A stretch of DNA of 64,000 nucleotides from Bacteroidota bacterium (GCA_947479455.1 CANJZE010000008.1:66798-130797); one strand, 5' to 3'. Positions 53,231-63,254 are shown, numbered from the stretch's first letter. Notes: a model not told the origin generated them from the letters alone. Program-made: numbers and translations.

Positions 53231-54832
53231 TTAATTTATTTTCTCAATGGTATAACTCAAAAAATATCTGTCCTTCAAATCAAATTTACTGAATGGGCAA
53301 GGGTCCTCGTTTTTTCCTTCGTGTGGCGAATTTGTGAAATGATCAACACTTCCTAGTTTATCATAAGAATGCAGATTGCTTATTTCGCCAAACTCATCAT
53401 CTAAACAACCTTTGAGCAACATGTTCTGAATAGAAAAAATACGGTTCTTGAAAAACCGCTTAGTACTTCTATCGCAAGGTGAACCACCATCCAAAATATC
53501 TCCCGCAAGCAAATCAATTCCATCTACTTCCCATCCGCTCATATACACTCTAAAGTTTTTCCCCCGCGGAACCACAACCGTAAACTCATTGTTCAGATTC
53601 CATTTATGGTAGTATGTTTTGCCCAAACCCTTCGTCAATATTTTCCCTTTCTTTCCATGAAAATCGTTGAGAAAAATCCATTCACTTCCTACGTTGGCAA
53701 ACAAACGCACTTCGGCTTTTGAAAGTTTATCGTTGATGTATCTGAATTTTAAATGCGTCAACTTCACTTTATAAATATCCACCGGCTGCGCGCTTGCAAC
53801 ACCGCGCCCTTCATCCCAATAAAAATAAATTGTACGCGCATAAATTTCTAAGTCGTTTGCGTTTTTTGTTTTCCATGGAATGAGAATGTTTGCAGTAGCT
53901 GAATCACTATTTATATCAAGTACTTCGCTCTGCGAAAAAGTATCGCCCTTTCTTTTTTCAAGTTTATAGCGCAGTTGTGCTGTGGCCGATGGCCTGGGTA
54001 GATTAACTTTCACGTTAAACTCATAATCCTTGTTGCTCATGTTTACTCGCCTCACAAAATTTTGCGCGTTAAAACGATTGTTCTGCAAGGCGCTGCCATC
54101 GCCACTTGCAAAAACATCAACGCGTGTTGCAAATTTAATAGAGCTGTCACCAATAGATACTTGCTCGGGAAGCGAACGTTTAATTGCTACAATTCTTGGT
54201 GGATGAATTTCTGCGTGGCTTGGTGGATGTCCTCTATCCCAAATGTAGCTTCCTTCTACATGCACCCAATCGCCTATACTTGGCCAGTTCCAAATTTTAT
54301 CACCTTGTTCATGTCCAGCGCTGAAAAACCCACCACTTCTTCCCGCATCATTATCGGCACTTAAAATATTTACGCGATTGCTCATTCCCAAGCCGCACTC
54401 CCACTCAACACCAATGGTAGAATGCAACACCGTATCGTTGCCTTCTTTCTTTTTGTAAACCAGATAAGGAAGAAGATTAGTGTAACGATTATCGTTTGTT
54501 ACATCGGGCACTACTTCAAAATCCAGATCGTGTGAGTAATGATAAAATGGTAAATCTTCATGACTCACATGCGGACCGTTGGTGCCCGTAACCAAATTAG
54601 AGGTAACCCTTCCTTCTAAAATGGCTATGTAATTTTTGTCCACCACGGGCAACCATGAAGGAAGAATAACACCGATGTCATAAAACTCATGGCGCTTTAG
54701 AAAAGAGATGGTGTCCTTGCATGGATTGAAACCGTCTTCGCTTTGTGTAGAGTAGGGATGCGAAGCCATTGGCGATTGTGCCAATAAAATATTTGTTGCA
54801 AAAAATAAAGCGGGTAACAAAAAATTTTTCAC
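53231..54832 (-). CDS. Hypothetical secreted protein (533 aa) inserted between the two rhomboid genes
   Basis: The product has a signal peptide MKNFLLPALFFATNILLAQS. No family was recognised. The gene is tightly packed with its neighbours (2-nt and 16-nt gaps). Confidence 0.45.
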   Translation of the reverse strand: MKNFLLPALFFATNILLAQSPMASHPYSTQSEDGFNPCKDTISFLKRHEFYDIGVILPSWLPVVDKNYIAILEGRVTSNLVTGTNGPHVSHEDLPFYHYSHDLDFEVVPDVTNDNRYTNLLPYLVYKKKEGNDTVLHSTIGVEWECGLGMSNRVNILSADNDAGRSGGFFSAGHEQGDKIWNWPSIGDWVHVEGSYIWDRGHPPSHAEIHPPRIVAIKRSLPEQVSIGDSSIKFATRVDVFASGDGSALQNNRFNAQNFVRRVNMSNKDYEFNVKVNLPRPSATAQLRYKLEKRKGDTFSQSEVLDINSDSATANILIPWKTKNANDLEIYARTIYFYWDEGRGVASAQPVDIYKVKLTHLKFRYINDKLSKAEVRLFANVGSEWIFLNDFHGKKGKILTKGLGKTYYHKWNLNNEFTVVVPRGKNFRVYMSGWEVDGIDLLAGDILDGGSPCDRSTKRFFKNRIFSIQNMLLKGCLDDEFGEISNLHSYDKLGSVDHFTNSPHEGKNEDPCPFSKFDLKDRYFLSYTIEKIN

Positions 54833-54848
54833 AAGAATGCTGAACAGT

Positions 54849-55619
54849 TTAGTAAAACGAGTTTGTGTTTCTATTCCAATACTTCACCAGCAAAAACCCA
54901 AAGAGGGCACCTCCTAAATGCGCGAAGTGCGCTACGTTATCTCCGCTATGCATAGCCACGCCCGAGTAGAGTTCTATCAAAATATAAACGGTTACAAAAT
55001 ATTTCGCTTTAATAGGAACAGGAATAAACATTAAATACAATTCAGTATTGGGAAACAACATGGCAAATGCGGTGAGCACCCCGAACAACGCACCCGATGC
55101 GCCAACGGTTGAAGAAAAATAAGTGCCCCAGGCAGAAGGGTTGCTTTCCAGCAAAGCCATAGAAGGGTCAACGCTACCTGTTGCTTTGAAAATTAAAAAT
55201 GCCTGAACAAACATGTGCAGAATCACCGCACCAAACCCGGTTATGATATAGAAAGTAAGAAAGCGTTGCGCTCCCCAAACTCTTTCCAAAATAATTCCAA
55301 TAGTAAACAAGCCAAACATGTTGAAGAAAATGTGCCCAATGCTACCATGCATGAACATGTGCGTTATGATTTGGATAGGCATAAACACTCCTGCCGAACC
55401 GTAGTAATAGGCCTGTTGTGCAAACTGACTAAGGTTTGGAAACTGGCTGGTATCTACAGAGCCGTTGTAAAGCGATTGTAAAAAATCGTGCTTGTTGAAG
55501 AAATAATGCAGGCTCAAAAAATGTTGCAATTCGGGGCGGATGCTGCAAACAATAAACAGCAGCACATTAATAACAATGAGATTGAACGTAACACTGCGGG
55601 TATCTATATTGTTGAACAT
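54849..55619 (-). CDS. Rhomboid-family intramembrane serine protease
   Basis: Motifs HMFMHGSIGHIFFNMFGLF, GASGALFGV and AHLGGALFGFLL. Confidence 0.85.
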   Translation of the reverse strand: MFNNIDTRSVTFNLIVINVLLFIVCSIRPELQHFLSLHYFFNKHDFLQSLYNGSVDTSQFPNLSQFAQQAYYYGSAGVFMPIQIITHMFMHGSIGHIFFNMFGLFTIGIILERVWGAQRFLTFYIITGFGAVILHMFVQAFLIFKATGSVDPSMALLESNPSAWGTYFSSTVGASGALFGVLTAFAMLFPNTELYLMFIPVPIKAKYFVTVYILIELYSGVAMHSGDNVAHFAHLGGALFGFLLVKYWNRNTNSFY

Positions 55620-55661
55620 GGTGCAAATCTAATTAAGACATCAAACGAATGAGCGCACAAA

Positions 55662-57524
55662 TTATTTATTCTCGAATCTTTTTTCGAGTTCATCATTTGC
55701 AAGCGTGATGAATGTAAATTTTCCGTTGGGTGCATTGAATGCATTTTCACAAGCAAACAATTCATCAATCAGTGTTTTCATTTCTTCGACCGAAAGTTTT
55801 TTGCCTGCTTTAATACTTGAACTATACGCCAGCGACTTTGCTAAATTTTCGCGCTTCGAAAGTTTTGTAATCTGCAAATTCATTTTGTATTGCTCAATCA
55901 GCTCCTCAATCATTTTCTTTTCATCGCCTTGTAAAAGGTCGGCAGGAAAGCCGTGAATAACAAAACTGTTTTTGCCAAACTCCTGTATATCGAAACCGAG
56001 GTTATTTATATCGGGAAGCAGTTGATGAAGTATCTGAGCGTCCATCGCATTCAAATCCAAATTCTGCGGAAATAATTGCCGCTGACTTTCATTTTTATTT
56101 CTGTCGAGCAACTTCAGGTAACGTTCAAACATAATGCGCTCATGCGCGGCTTGCTGGTCAATCAAAATAAATCCGCTCTTGATTTGCGAAACGATATAAC
56201 GCCTTTGAATTTGATGAGGCGGCACCGCTTCTTTGTAAGCTTCCGCGTCCGAAGTCCGAAGTCCGAAGTCCGAAGCAGAGCCAAGTTCTGTATTTGCTTC
56301 CGTCTTCTGTCTTCCGTCTTCTGTCTTTCCCACTGTATCAAACGCGTGTTCCCAATTTTTCAAATTGTTTTCCTCGCGTGTGGTGAGCGGTTGAAAATTA
56401 GATGGAGGTGCAAATTTTTTTGCGTCCTTGGTAGTGGTGGCGTGTTGCGTAATTTCTAACCAGGTGCGCGGCTGTTGAGTGAAGGTATCGTTGTTGTTCA
56501 AATGATGTTCCTGATTAAAATCTAAAGTGGGTGAAACGCTGTACGCGCCCAAGGCGTGTTTCACTCCGAGGTTCACAAATGTGTAAACCAATTTTTCGTC
56601 TTCAAATTTGATTTCGTGTTTTGCAGGGTGAACGTTGATGTCAATTTTTGCGGGGTCAATGTCTAAGAACAAAACATAAAACGGAAAACTTCCCTGCGGC
56701 AACATTTGTTCAAACGCCATACTCACCGCATGATTCAAGTAAGGCGATTTGATGAAGCGGTTATTGACAAAAATAAACTGCTCGCCTCTTGTCTTCTTCG
56801 AAAACTCGGGTTTGCCTGTAAAACCATAAACATGCAGCGCGTAACTTTTTTCTTCTACTGGAACAATCTTACCTGCATAATTCTCACCGAACATGGCAAC
56901 AATTCTTTGTTTCAAGTTGCCCGCTTTGAGATGATACATTTCGTAATCGTTATTAAAAAGCTGAAACCCGATTTTAGGATGCGCGAGCGCAATGCGCTGA
57001 AACTCTTCAATGATGTTTTTCAATTCAACGGTATCGCTCTTCAAAAAATTTCTTCGTGCCGGCACATTAAAAAACAAATTTTTCATAGCAATGGAAGTGC
57101 CTTCGGGTGTTTGACACGGTTCCTGTTTCAGAATTTTCATTCCTTCAATTTCAATCGAAGTGCCCAGCTGTTCACCAGTTTGTTTTGTTTTTAATTCCAC
57201 TTGCGCAATGGCGGCAATTGAAGCGAGTGCTTCTCCGCGAAAACCCATCGTGCGTATGTTGAACAAATCTTCTGCCGCGCGAATTTTTGAAGTAGCATGT
57301 TTTTCGAAACTCATGCGCGCATCGGTTTCGCTCATGCCGCAACCGTTATCAATTACCTGCACTAAACTTTTCCCGGCTTGTTTTACAATCAACTTAATAT
57401 GCGTAGCTCCTGAATCAATCGAATTTTCGAGCAGTTCTTTTACGGCAGAAGCGGGCCGCTGAATAACTTCACCGGCTGCAATTTGATTCGCAATATTATC
57501 GGGGAGAAGACGAATAATGTCCAT
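55662..57524 (-). CDS. mutL: DNA mismatch repair protein MutL
   Basis: The N-terminus is IRLLPDNIANQIAAGEVIQRPASAVKELLENSIDSGAT...DNGCGM...GFRGEALASI (GHKL ATPase). The C-terminal dimerisation domain carries QQAAHERI. The product is 620 aa. Confidence 0.95.
   Translation of the reverse strand: MDIIRLLPDNIANQIAAGEVIQRPASAVKELLENSIDSGATHIKLIVKQAGKSLVQVIDNGCGMSETDARMSFEKHATSKIRAAEDLFNIRTMGFRGEALASIAAIAQVELKTKQTGEQLGTSIEIEGMKILKQEPCQTPEGTSIAMKNLFFNVPARRNFLKSDTVELKNIIEEFQRIALAHPKIGFQLFNNDYEMYHLKAGNLKQRIVAMFGENYAGKIVPVEEKSYALHVYGFTGKPEFSKKTRGEQFIFVNNRFIKSPYLNHAVSMAFEQMLPQGSFPFYVLFLDIDPAKIDINVHPAKHEIKFEDEKLVYTFVNLGVKHALGAYSVSPTLDFNQEHHLNNNDTFTQQPRTWLEITQHATTTKDAKKFAPPSNFQPLTTREENNLKNWEHAFDTVGKTEDGRQKTEANTELGSASDFGLRTSDAEAYKEAVPPHQIQRRYIVSQIKSGFILIDQQAAHERIMFERYLKLLDRNKNESQRQLFPQNLDLNAMDAQILHQLLPDINNLGFDIQEFGKNSFVIHGFPADLLQGDEKKMIEELIEQYKMNLQITKLSKRENLAKSLAYSSSIKAGKKLSVEEMKTLIDELFACENAFNAPNGKFTFITLANDELEKRFENK
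56247..56324 (-). repeat. Tandem repeats inside the mutL linker coding region: 7-bp unit x4 and 14-bp unit x2
   Basis: (gtccgaa)x4 occupies 56247-56274 and cttccgtcttctgt x2 occupies 56297-56324. Neither unit length is a multiple of three, so copies are read in different frames (SDFGLRTSD and KTEDGRQKTE). Confidence 0.85.
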
Positions 57525-57598
57525 GAATAGAAGCTGAAATTTAAGGCGGCAAACTTAATTATTTGCGGGTGGCATTAACTGATATTTCGCCTAATACC

Positions 57599-57648
57599 CT
57601 TCGACAAGCTCAGGGTGACAAGGCTCTGTCATGCTGAGCCTGTCGAAG
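57599..57648. repeat. REP-like imperfect palindrome (cttcgacaagctcag ... ctgagcctgtcgaag)
   Basis: Two 15-nt arms with one mismatch (57599-57613 and 57634-57648) enclose an inner tgaca/tgtca pair. The element lies between the MFP gene stop and the mutL start. I recall this sequence type recurring in Bacteroidetes intergenic regions. Confidence 0.55.
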
Positions 57649-57650
57649 CA

Positions 57651-58715
57651 TTATTCTATCACCTTCACCACTTTTAAATCCATATCGGGTTTTACATACA
57701 TCAAAGCGGTGGCAACAATCGTATCACCTGCTTCAACACCTTTAATGATTTGTATAGATGATTCGTTGCGCAAACCCGTTTCTACTTTTCTGAATTCGGC
57801 TTTGCCGTTAGTAACCACAATCAGTTTTTTGTTTCGCGCATCGGGAATAATGCATTGTGTAGGAACCATCAGTGCGCCTTCAATATTTTTTAAACCCAAG
57901 TCAATTTTGGCAAAAGCCCCGGGCAATAATTTTGCTCTTGCGTTTTGAACAAGCGCACGCACTTTAATGGTTCGTGTGGCTTCATCAATTTGCGGTTCTA
58001 TAGCAAAAACTTTTCCGTGAAAAATTTCGGTGCTGCCATCTACTGAAAATTTGAGCACATCATTTTTGTTGAGCGATGAAAAATATTTTTCGGGTACCGT
58101 AAAATCAATTTTGAGTTGTTCAATCTGTTGCAGCGAAGCAATGGTTGTAGCCGATGAAACATAAGCGCCATTGCTTACATTTTTTAAACCTACCACTCCA
58201 TTGAACGGGGCTCGTATTTCCGTTTTCGAAATTTGCGCGTGCGTTAAATCAATATCGGCATCAATGTTATTGAGTTGCGTAACCGCATTATCATATTCCT
58301 GTTGCCCGATTCCGTTAATGGCGAGTAATTGTTTCAATCGCTTTTCGGTTTTGTCGGCAGCATCGTGTTGCAGTTGCAGTTTTTTTAGTTGAGCTTGCAG
58401 GTCGGCATCAAAAAGTTTTACCAGTAATGTTCCTTTGGAAACGGCAGTGCCTTCATTTAAATTCAGCTGCGTTATTTTTCCTGAAACTTCGGGATGCAAT
58501 TCTACCGCTTCGTTGGCAAGCAAAGTTCCTGAGGCGGTAATTCCGTTTTCTAAATTTTGCCGCTTCACCACATAGCCCGTTACCGACATTGCTTTTGGCG
58601 ATCCGCCCTTCATCATAGGCGCAGCTTCTTCTTTCGGATTCAGAATTTTATTGTAAACAATAATGCCTGCTACTAAAACTACGATAGCAAGAATAAACCA
58701 GGTAAATTTTGACAT
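57651..58715 (-). CDS. Efflux transporter periplasmic adaptor subunit (MFP/HlyD family)
   Basis: An N-terminal TM anchor is followed by a lipoyl/hairpin/beta-barrel pattern (PEVSGKITQLNLNEGTAVSKGTLLVKLD...IRAPFNGVVG...). Confidence 0.85.
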   Translation of the reverse strand: MSKFTWFILAIVVLVAGIIVYNKILNPKEEAAPMMKGGSPKAMSVTGYVVKRQNLENGITASGTLLANEAVELHPEVSGKITQLNLNEGTAVSKGTLLVKLFDADLQAQLKKLQLQHDAADKTEKRLKQLLAINGIGQQEYDNAVTQLNNIDADIDLTHAQISKTEIRAPFNGVVGLKNVSNGAYVSSATTIASLQQIEQLKIDFTVPEKYFSSLNKNDVLKFSVDGSTEIFHGKVFAIEPQIDEATRTIKVRALVQNARAKLLPGAFAKIDLGLKNIEGALMVPTQCIIPDARNKKLIVVTNGKAEFRKVETGLRNESSIQIIKGVEAGDTIVATALMYVKPDMDLKVVKVIE

Positions 58716-58800
58716 GCTCTTTTTTTAGCGCGCCAAAGATTCGAAAATAGTTTGATCCACCGCCATGCGAGCAGCGCAAATGATTTTATTTCTGGATTTT

Positions 58801-61167
58801 TCAGAAAGTATAGCGAAGCTGCAGCGTGTAGTTACGCAACGGTTCGGGTTTGCCCGGTCGCAATTGATATAAACGATTGGTTACATTTTTTACAATGAAA
58901 CCAATTTTGAAGTGGTCGTTGATGTTTACTCCGGCTCTTATGTCCATAAAAAAATCTCCTGCAGGGTGGTTTGCCACGTAATTGTCCAAAGCATTCAAAT
59001 CATGAAAGAAAATTAGTGATGCCGCTTTGAAAAGCTGTGGGATTTTTTCGGGCGTAGTGCCGTAGTTAAAGGTGGCTCCTAAGTAACATTTCCAGTAGCT
59101 CAACTCTATATCGGCACGAAACAAATGGCGCATGCGATAGTAAAGCAATTTGCTGGTATCATCTACGCCCACCTTTTTAAAATTGTAAATGAAAATATCT
59201 TTAAAAAACTCGCCTGTTGTATAGTGATTACTTCCTGTATCGTTATCTACTTTACCGGGCCAAGTGTAAGTGTACCCTGTTACTAACTGCACACCTACAG
59301 GTCCTATTTTTCCACTTCCAGCCAAGCCAATTTCATATCCTGCAATGCGCGCCTGTTCCACGTTTATCGCTCTTAATCCTAACAACTTTCCCGGACCGGC
59401 AGTTTCCAATGCTTCAGGAAATATTTTTTGCCCGTTGCTGTATTGATTATCCCAAACACTAAATTGGTACTCAATAAAGTTTTTGTATTGCTGCCAAAAA
59501 AATGCCGCATCGAAATAGGCATTCCAGTTTCCAATTTTAAATCCCTGTTTAAATCCCAACTCGGCACTCCACCCTCTTTCCGGTCTCAGGGTATCGTTAG
59601 GAACAATTACAACGCCACCAACAAATTCTGAGGCAATATATTTTTCGCCAATACTCGGAATACGGTAGGCTTGCCCAAATGAGCCGCGGAAAAAAGTTGC
59701 CCTGCCTGCTTGTACGTTGAATCCTGCGCGAAAAATAGGAATGCCCTTTTCAATAACAGTATCAACGGCCGAAACCTCATAGCGAATACCACCTTGCAGT
59801 GTAAGCACTTTGTAATTGAATTCAAGCTGTGTATAGATGGCCGTGTTCCAACTTATTTGCTTTCCGTCATATAAATTACTGGTGCTTATTCCAACACCAA
59901 ACGGAAAGCCTGCGGTTAGTACCAACATGTTTTTCCAACGAAACTGATATTGATTGTCCATGTTCACCGAATGCGAAACGGCATTAGGATCGGTGCCCCC
60001 ACCCTTTCTAAAAATATTCATGTAGCGCAGATTGCACGAAATGCGATGCCCTTTTGAGTTTTGATAAGTCATGTGCGGGTCAATCGTGCTGCGCACGTAT
60101 TGATCTCCGGAGCCCGCTCCCTGAAACAGCATAGTGGAGTCAAGACTTTTAGATATAAAAAATCGATTGCTGCCTTCGTACATAATTAAGCCGTTTAACC
60201 CAAAATTTAATCCTTCAATTTTAGGATGCAGGTACCTTGTTTTTATAACTGAACGCACGCGAAATTCATCTGAAAGCTCAAGGTAACCTTCGTTCTTGGT
60301 AATGTTTCCTGCTACTACTAATTGCAGGTTTTTTATTCTGCGCTGGTGGTTAAAGTTCACAGAACCAAACATTGGATTCAAATCATCGCCCCACCATTTT
60401 TTGGCGATATATGATGGCTTGTCATACATTCCGAAATTTAATTCCACCTCAGTTTTGGGGTCGCTGTCCTTGGGCCATTCAGTAACCACATTCACCACTC
60501 CGTTCAAAGCGCCCGAACCATACACAACCGATGATGCGCCCTTAATTACTTCTACCTGTTTCACATTTTCTACCGATGCCATTTTACTTTGTCCTTCACC
60601 CAAATCGGCACTCATCAAACCCAAACCATCGCTGAGCACCGCCACGCGTGAACCCACCCCATACGAATAAGAACTTCCACCACGAATAGAAATTTGCCCG
60701 TCCTGCACCAACACTCCCGGAGTTTTATTTACCATTTCTCCAATGTCATTTGCGTTGGTGTTTTTGATTTGATTCTTGGTGATTACTTCGGTTGTTACGG
60801 TTTCTTTCGCAGAGTTTTTTCTATACTGACTCACTGTTACTACCTGACTGATTTGAATGGCCGAAGATTTCATGGCTACTTCAATATTTAATTTCTCTCC
60901 CTCTTTAAGCGACACTTGTCGCTTATCGGTTTTGTAACCCATGTACGAAATACTCAGGTCGTGTTCTCCTACTGGAATGTTCAAAACAAATTTTCCGGAA
61001 GCGTCAGTTATAGCTCCTTTTGTTTTATCGAACTTGATGGAAGCTCCGGTGAGTTGCTCTCGGCTTTCGCTATCGCGAACAGTGCCGGTGATTTGAGCAT
61101 TTTGAGCAAACAAAATTTTTGTAAAAAGCAGAATAAAGAAGAGGGTAGAGATTTTTTTCATCAGCAC
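58801..61167 (-). CDS. TonB-dependent receptor with an N-terminal CarboxypepD_reg-like domain
   Basis: A signal peptide is followed by ITGTVRDSESREQLTGASIKF (the Cna-B/CarboxypepD_reg domain). The plug region is VEVIKGASSVVYGSGALNGVVNV. The C-terminus ends in the terminal beta strand LQLRYTF. Confidence 0.85.
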   Translation of the reverse strand: MLMKKISTLFFILLFTKILFAQNAQITGTVRDSESREQLTGASIKFDKTKGAITDASGKFVLNIPVGEHDLSISYMGYKTDKRQVSLKEGEKLNIEVAMKSSAIQISQVVTVSQYRKNSAKETVTTEVITKNQIKNTNANDIGEMVNKTPGVLVQDGQISIRGGSSYSYGVGSRVAVLSDGLGLMSADLGEGQSKMASVENVKQVEVIKGASSVVYGSGALNGVVNVVTEWPKDSDPKTEVELNFGMYDKPSYIAKKWWGDDLNPMFGSVNFNHQRRIKNLQLVVAGNITKNEGYLELSDEFRVRSVIKTRYLHPKIEGLNFGLNGLIMYEGSNRFFISKSLDSTMLFQGAGSGDQYVRSTIDPHMTYQNSKGHRISCNLRYMNIFRKGGGTDPNAVSHSVNMDNQYQFRWKNMLVLTAGFPFGVGISTSNLYDGKQISWNTAIYTQLEFNYKVLTLQGGIRYEVSAVDTVIEKGIPIFRAGFNVQAGRATFFRGSFGQAYRIPSIGEKYIASEFVGGVVIVPNDTLRPERGWSAELGFKQGFKIGNWNAYFDAAFFWQQYKNFIEYQFSVWDNQYSNGQKIFPEALETAGPGKLLGLRAINVEQARIAGYEIGLAGSGKIGPVGVQLVTGYTYTWPGKVDNDTGSNHYTTGEFFKDIFIYNFKKVGVDDTSKLLYYRMRHLFRADIELSYWKCYLGATFNYGTTPEKIPQLFKAASLIFFHDLNALDNYVANHPAGDFFMDIRAGVNINDHFKIGFIVKNVTNRLYQLRPGKPEPLRNYTLQLRYTF

Positions 61168-61218
61168 GGTTTCTTGAAAAATTGAAAGTAGAAGAATTTC
61201 GAAGTTTTTAAAACAACA

Positions 61219-62013
61219 TTATGGTAAATCATCTTCTTCTACCTTGAGCCATGTAGCAGGAAAAATAAGACTCTTGTACCAAACCAGTTTCCATTCGCCA
61301 TGGTTGTATTCAAGCGCGGTCATGTTTTCTACCCAATCGCCACTGTTCATGTATGTAACGCATCCGCGTTCTGTGTTAATTTCTTTAATAACCGGAAGAT
61401 GCACGTGTCCATTAATCACGTAATCGTAACCTTCGTCTAGCGCAATTTCAACCGCTGTAGTTTCATGGTTGTGTAGCTTCTTTACACCGCGCTTGGTGGC
61501 AAATTTTACTTCCTGCGAAAACGAAGATTTTTCTCTGCCAAAAAGTTCAAGAAAAAAGTTGACGTGTTTGTTGATGAGAATTAAAATTTCATAGCCTGTA
61601 GTGCCAAGTTTTGCCAACCACCGCGAACCCTGCATGGTTACATCAAAAATATCTCCATGAAAAAACCAATGTTTTTTTCCGTCTAATTCTAATACGAGTT
61701 TGTCTTCCAATTCAAGATTGCCCAAATTCAATCCTGAATATCTGCGCAGCATTTCATCGTGATTGCCGGTGAGGTAATATACTTTTACTCCTTCCGAAAT
61801 AAACTTGAAAACATACTCTAAAACTTTGCTGTGCGATTTTGGAAAGTAATATGAGCGAAACTGCCAGATGTCAATAAAGTCGCCATTGATAATTAAAATT
61901 TCGGGATCAATGCTTTCTAAATATTTATTCAACTCTTTAGCACGGCAGCCTACAAAGCCGAGGTGAATATCGGAGATGACAACAACTTTTACTTTGCGTT
62001 TTCGTTCGTTCAT
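61219..62013 (-). CDS. LpxH-like metallophosphoesterase (UDP-2,3-diacylglucosamine diphosphatase family)
   Basis: VVVISDIHLG, INGDFIDIW, GNHD, HGD and GHVH are metallophosphoesterase motifs with LpxH-like spacing. Confidence 0.65.
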   Translation of the reverse strand: MNERKRKVKVVVISDIHLGFVGCRAKELNKYLESIDPEILIINGDFIDIWQFRSYYFPKSHSKVLEYVFKFISEGVKVYYLTGNHDEMLRRYSGLNLGNLELEDKLVLELDGKKHWFFHGDIFDVTMQGSRWLAKLGTTGYEILILINKHVNFFLELFGREKSSFSQEVKFATKRGVKKLHNHETTAVEIALDEGYDYVINGHVHLPVIKEINTERGCVTYMNSGDWVENMTALEYNHGEWKLVWYKSLIFPATWLKVEEDDLP

Positions 62014-62048
62014 GAGCCGCTAATTTCTCTTTCCATATTAGCAGAACA

Positions 62049-63254
62049 TTATTCTTTTATAGTTCCCAAACCCGATTGACCGCTTGCGGAAATGGAATCT
62101 ATGCGGGCGAGTTCATGGTTAGGAAAGTTAACGTGGTAGTCTGTCCATCCGGTTGTACCTGCGCGATAATCGGCTTTATAATAATCGGTAGAAATAATTT
62201 GTGCCCCGCTCGAAAACGCGGCATACATTTTCGTATAGTCACCTGTGCGTGCTTCAGTGGTACCCCCATCGGCCCTGGTGCGAACAATAAAACCTTGCTG
62301 AACTCTTTGTTGAATTTGATTATAACTGTCCACAGGTCCGTTCAATATTACAAAGGCGGCTTCAGCGGTACTTGGTGAAGAATAAACAAACATAGCTCTG
62401 CCCTGCAATGATGGATGCCCGCTTTTGTAAAGCGATTCTGCTGCCCCTTGCATAATGAAAACAACTTTATTGCGTGCTGCCGCTAAAGTTGGCCAGTTGC
62501 CTGCTCGTGCTGCTGAGTCCAATCGCAGATAAGAACCGCGCACATCATCGGGTGTAATTACTTTGTCTAAGTTTTCGCCAAACACGCTTTTAATTTCTTC
62601 ATCCATTTTATCGCAGGAATTTGCATCATATGGAACAGCCTGGGTAAAATGATAGGGGAGCGAAGCGAGCGTTGGATTGTCGGCCGGCACGTCTTGTTTG
62701 GTTTCAACATTAATAAAAATGGGTAGGTGGTTAGGGTGTGCAACACTCCAATTGTAAATGGCGGTAAGCGCACTTTTGAAAGTGAAGTGATTAGTGTTGT
62801 AATCAAAATCGGGAATATGAAGAATTTTAAATCCGGGAGCATCGAGCTCAGGTATGTGCGCCTCGGCATCTAAGCCTAACATTTCTAACCCTGCGCGGTG
62901 AGTAAACTGTCCGCCATTGGGGTCGTTGTAAATATCCAATTCAATTCCACGTACGCCATAGTCGCTAAACTGTTGTTCGAGCGGAATGTGCGCATAATCA
63001 ATTCCAATAGGATCGTAACTAGATGGTAATATTCCTAGTGCATTTGCGCGAATCAAAAAGTCAAACACGGTATCGTCTGTATGGAGATGATAGCTGTTGT
63101 GGCTCGCAATAATTTGAATTTGATTCAGTTTTAAACTATCGGTAGGTCCGTTGTCGAAAGTTGTTTCTTCAATGAGTAACTTTCTTTGTGTTTCTTTTTT
63201 ACAAGCACCTACAAAAATAAATGCAAGAGCAAATACAATAGCGTAATGTTTCAT
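62049..63254 (-). CDS. Secreted Ca2+-dependent phosphoinositide-specific phospholipase C-like protein
   Basis: A lipoprotein-like signal (FVGAC) is followed by LNQIQIIASHNSYH and GIELDIY, which resemble the PI-PLC X-box/PI-PLC-C1 family. Confidence 0.55.
   Translation of the reverse strand: MKHYAIVFALAFIFVGACKKETQRKLLIEETTFDNGPTDSLKLNQIQIIASHNSYHLHTDDTVFDFLIRANALGILPSSYDPIGIDYAHIPLEQQFSDYGVRGIELDIYNDPNGGQFTHRAGLEMLGLDAEAHIPELDAPGFKILHIPDFDYNTNHFTFKSALTAIYNWSVAHPNHLPIFINVETKQDVPADNPTLASLPYHFTQAVPYDANSCDKMDEEIKSVFGENLDKVITPDDVRGSYLRLDSAARAGNWPTLAAARNKVVFIMQGAAESLYKSGHPSLQGRAMFVYSSPSTAEAAFVILNGPVDSYNQIQQRVQQGFIVRTRADGGTTEARTGDYTKMYAAFSSGAQIISTDYYKADYRAGTTGWTDYHVNFPNHELARIDSISASGQSGLGTIKE

Noticed and set aside
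53231-54832. The 533-aa secreted protein between two rhomboid genes as a rhomboid substrate cassette
   Set aside because: The idea is attractive, but there is no sequence evidence beyond adjacency. The protein has only an N-terminal signal peptide and no obvious TM segment of the type rhomboids cleave.
57631-57948. A 105-aa plus-strand ORF starting MLSLSKH
   Set aside because: It starts inside the REP-like palindrome and runs antisense to the MFP adaptor gene, which is a typical spurious ORF.
57651-58715. The MFP adaptor gene without an adjacent RND/ABC pump or outer-membrane factor, as a possible anomaly
   Set aside because: Orphan adaptor genes are common, and the partner may be encoded elsewhere. 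Nothing in the sequence suggests decay or novelty.
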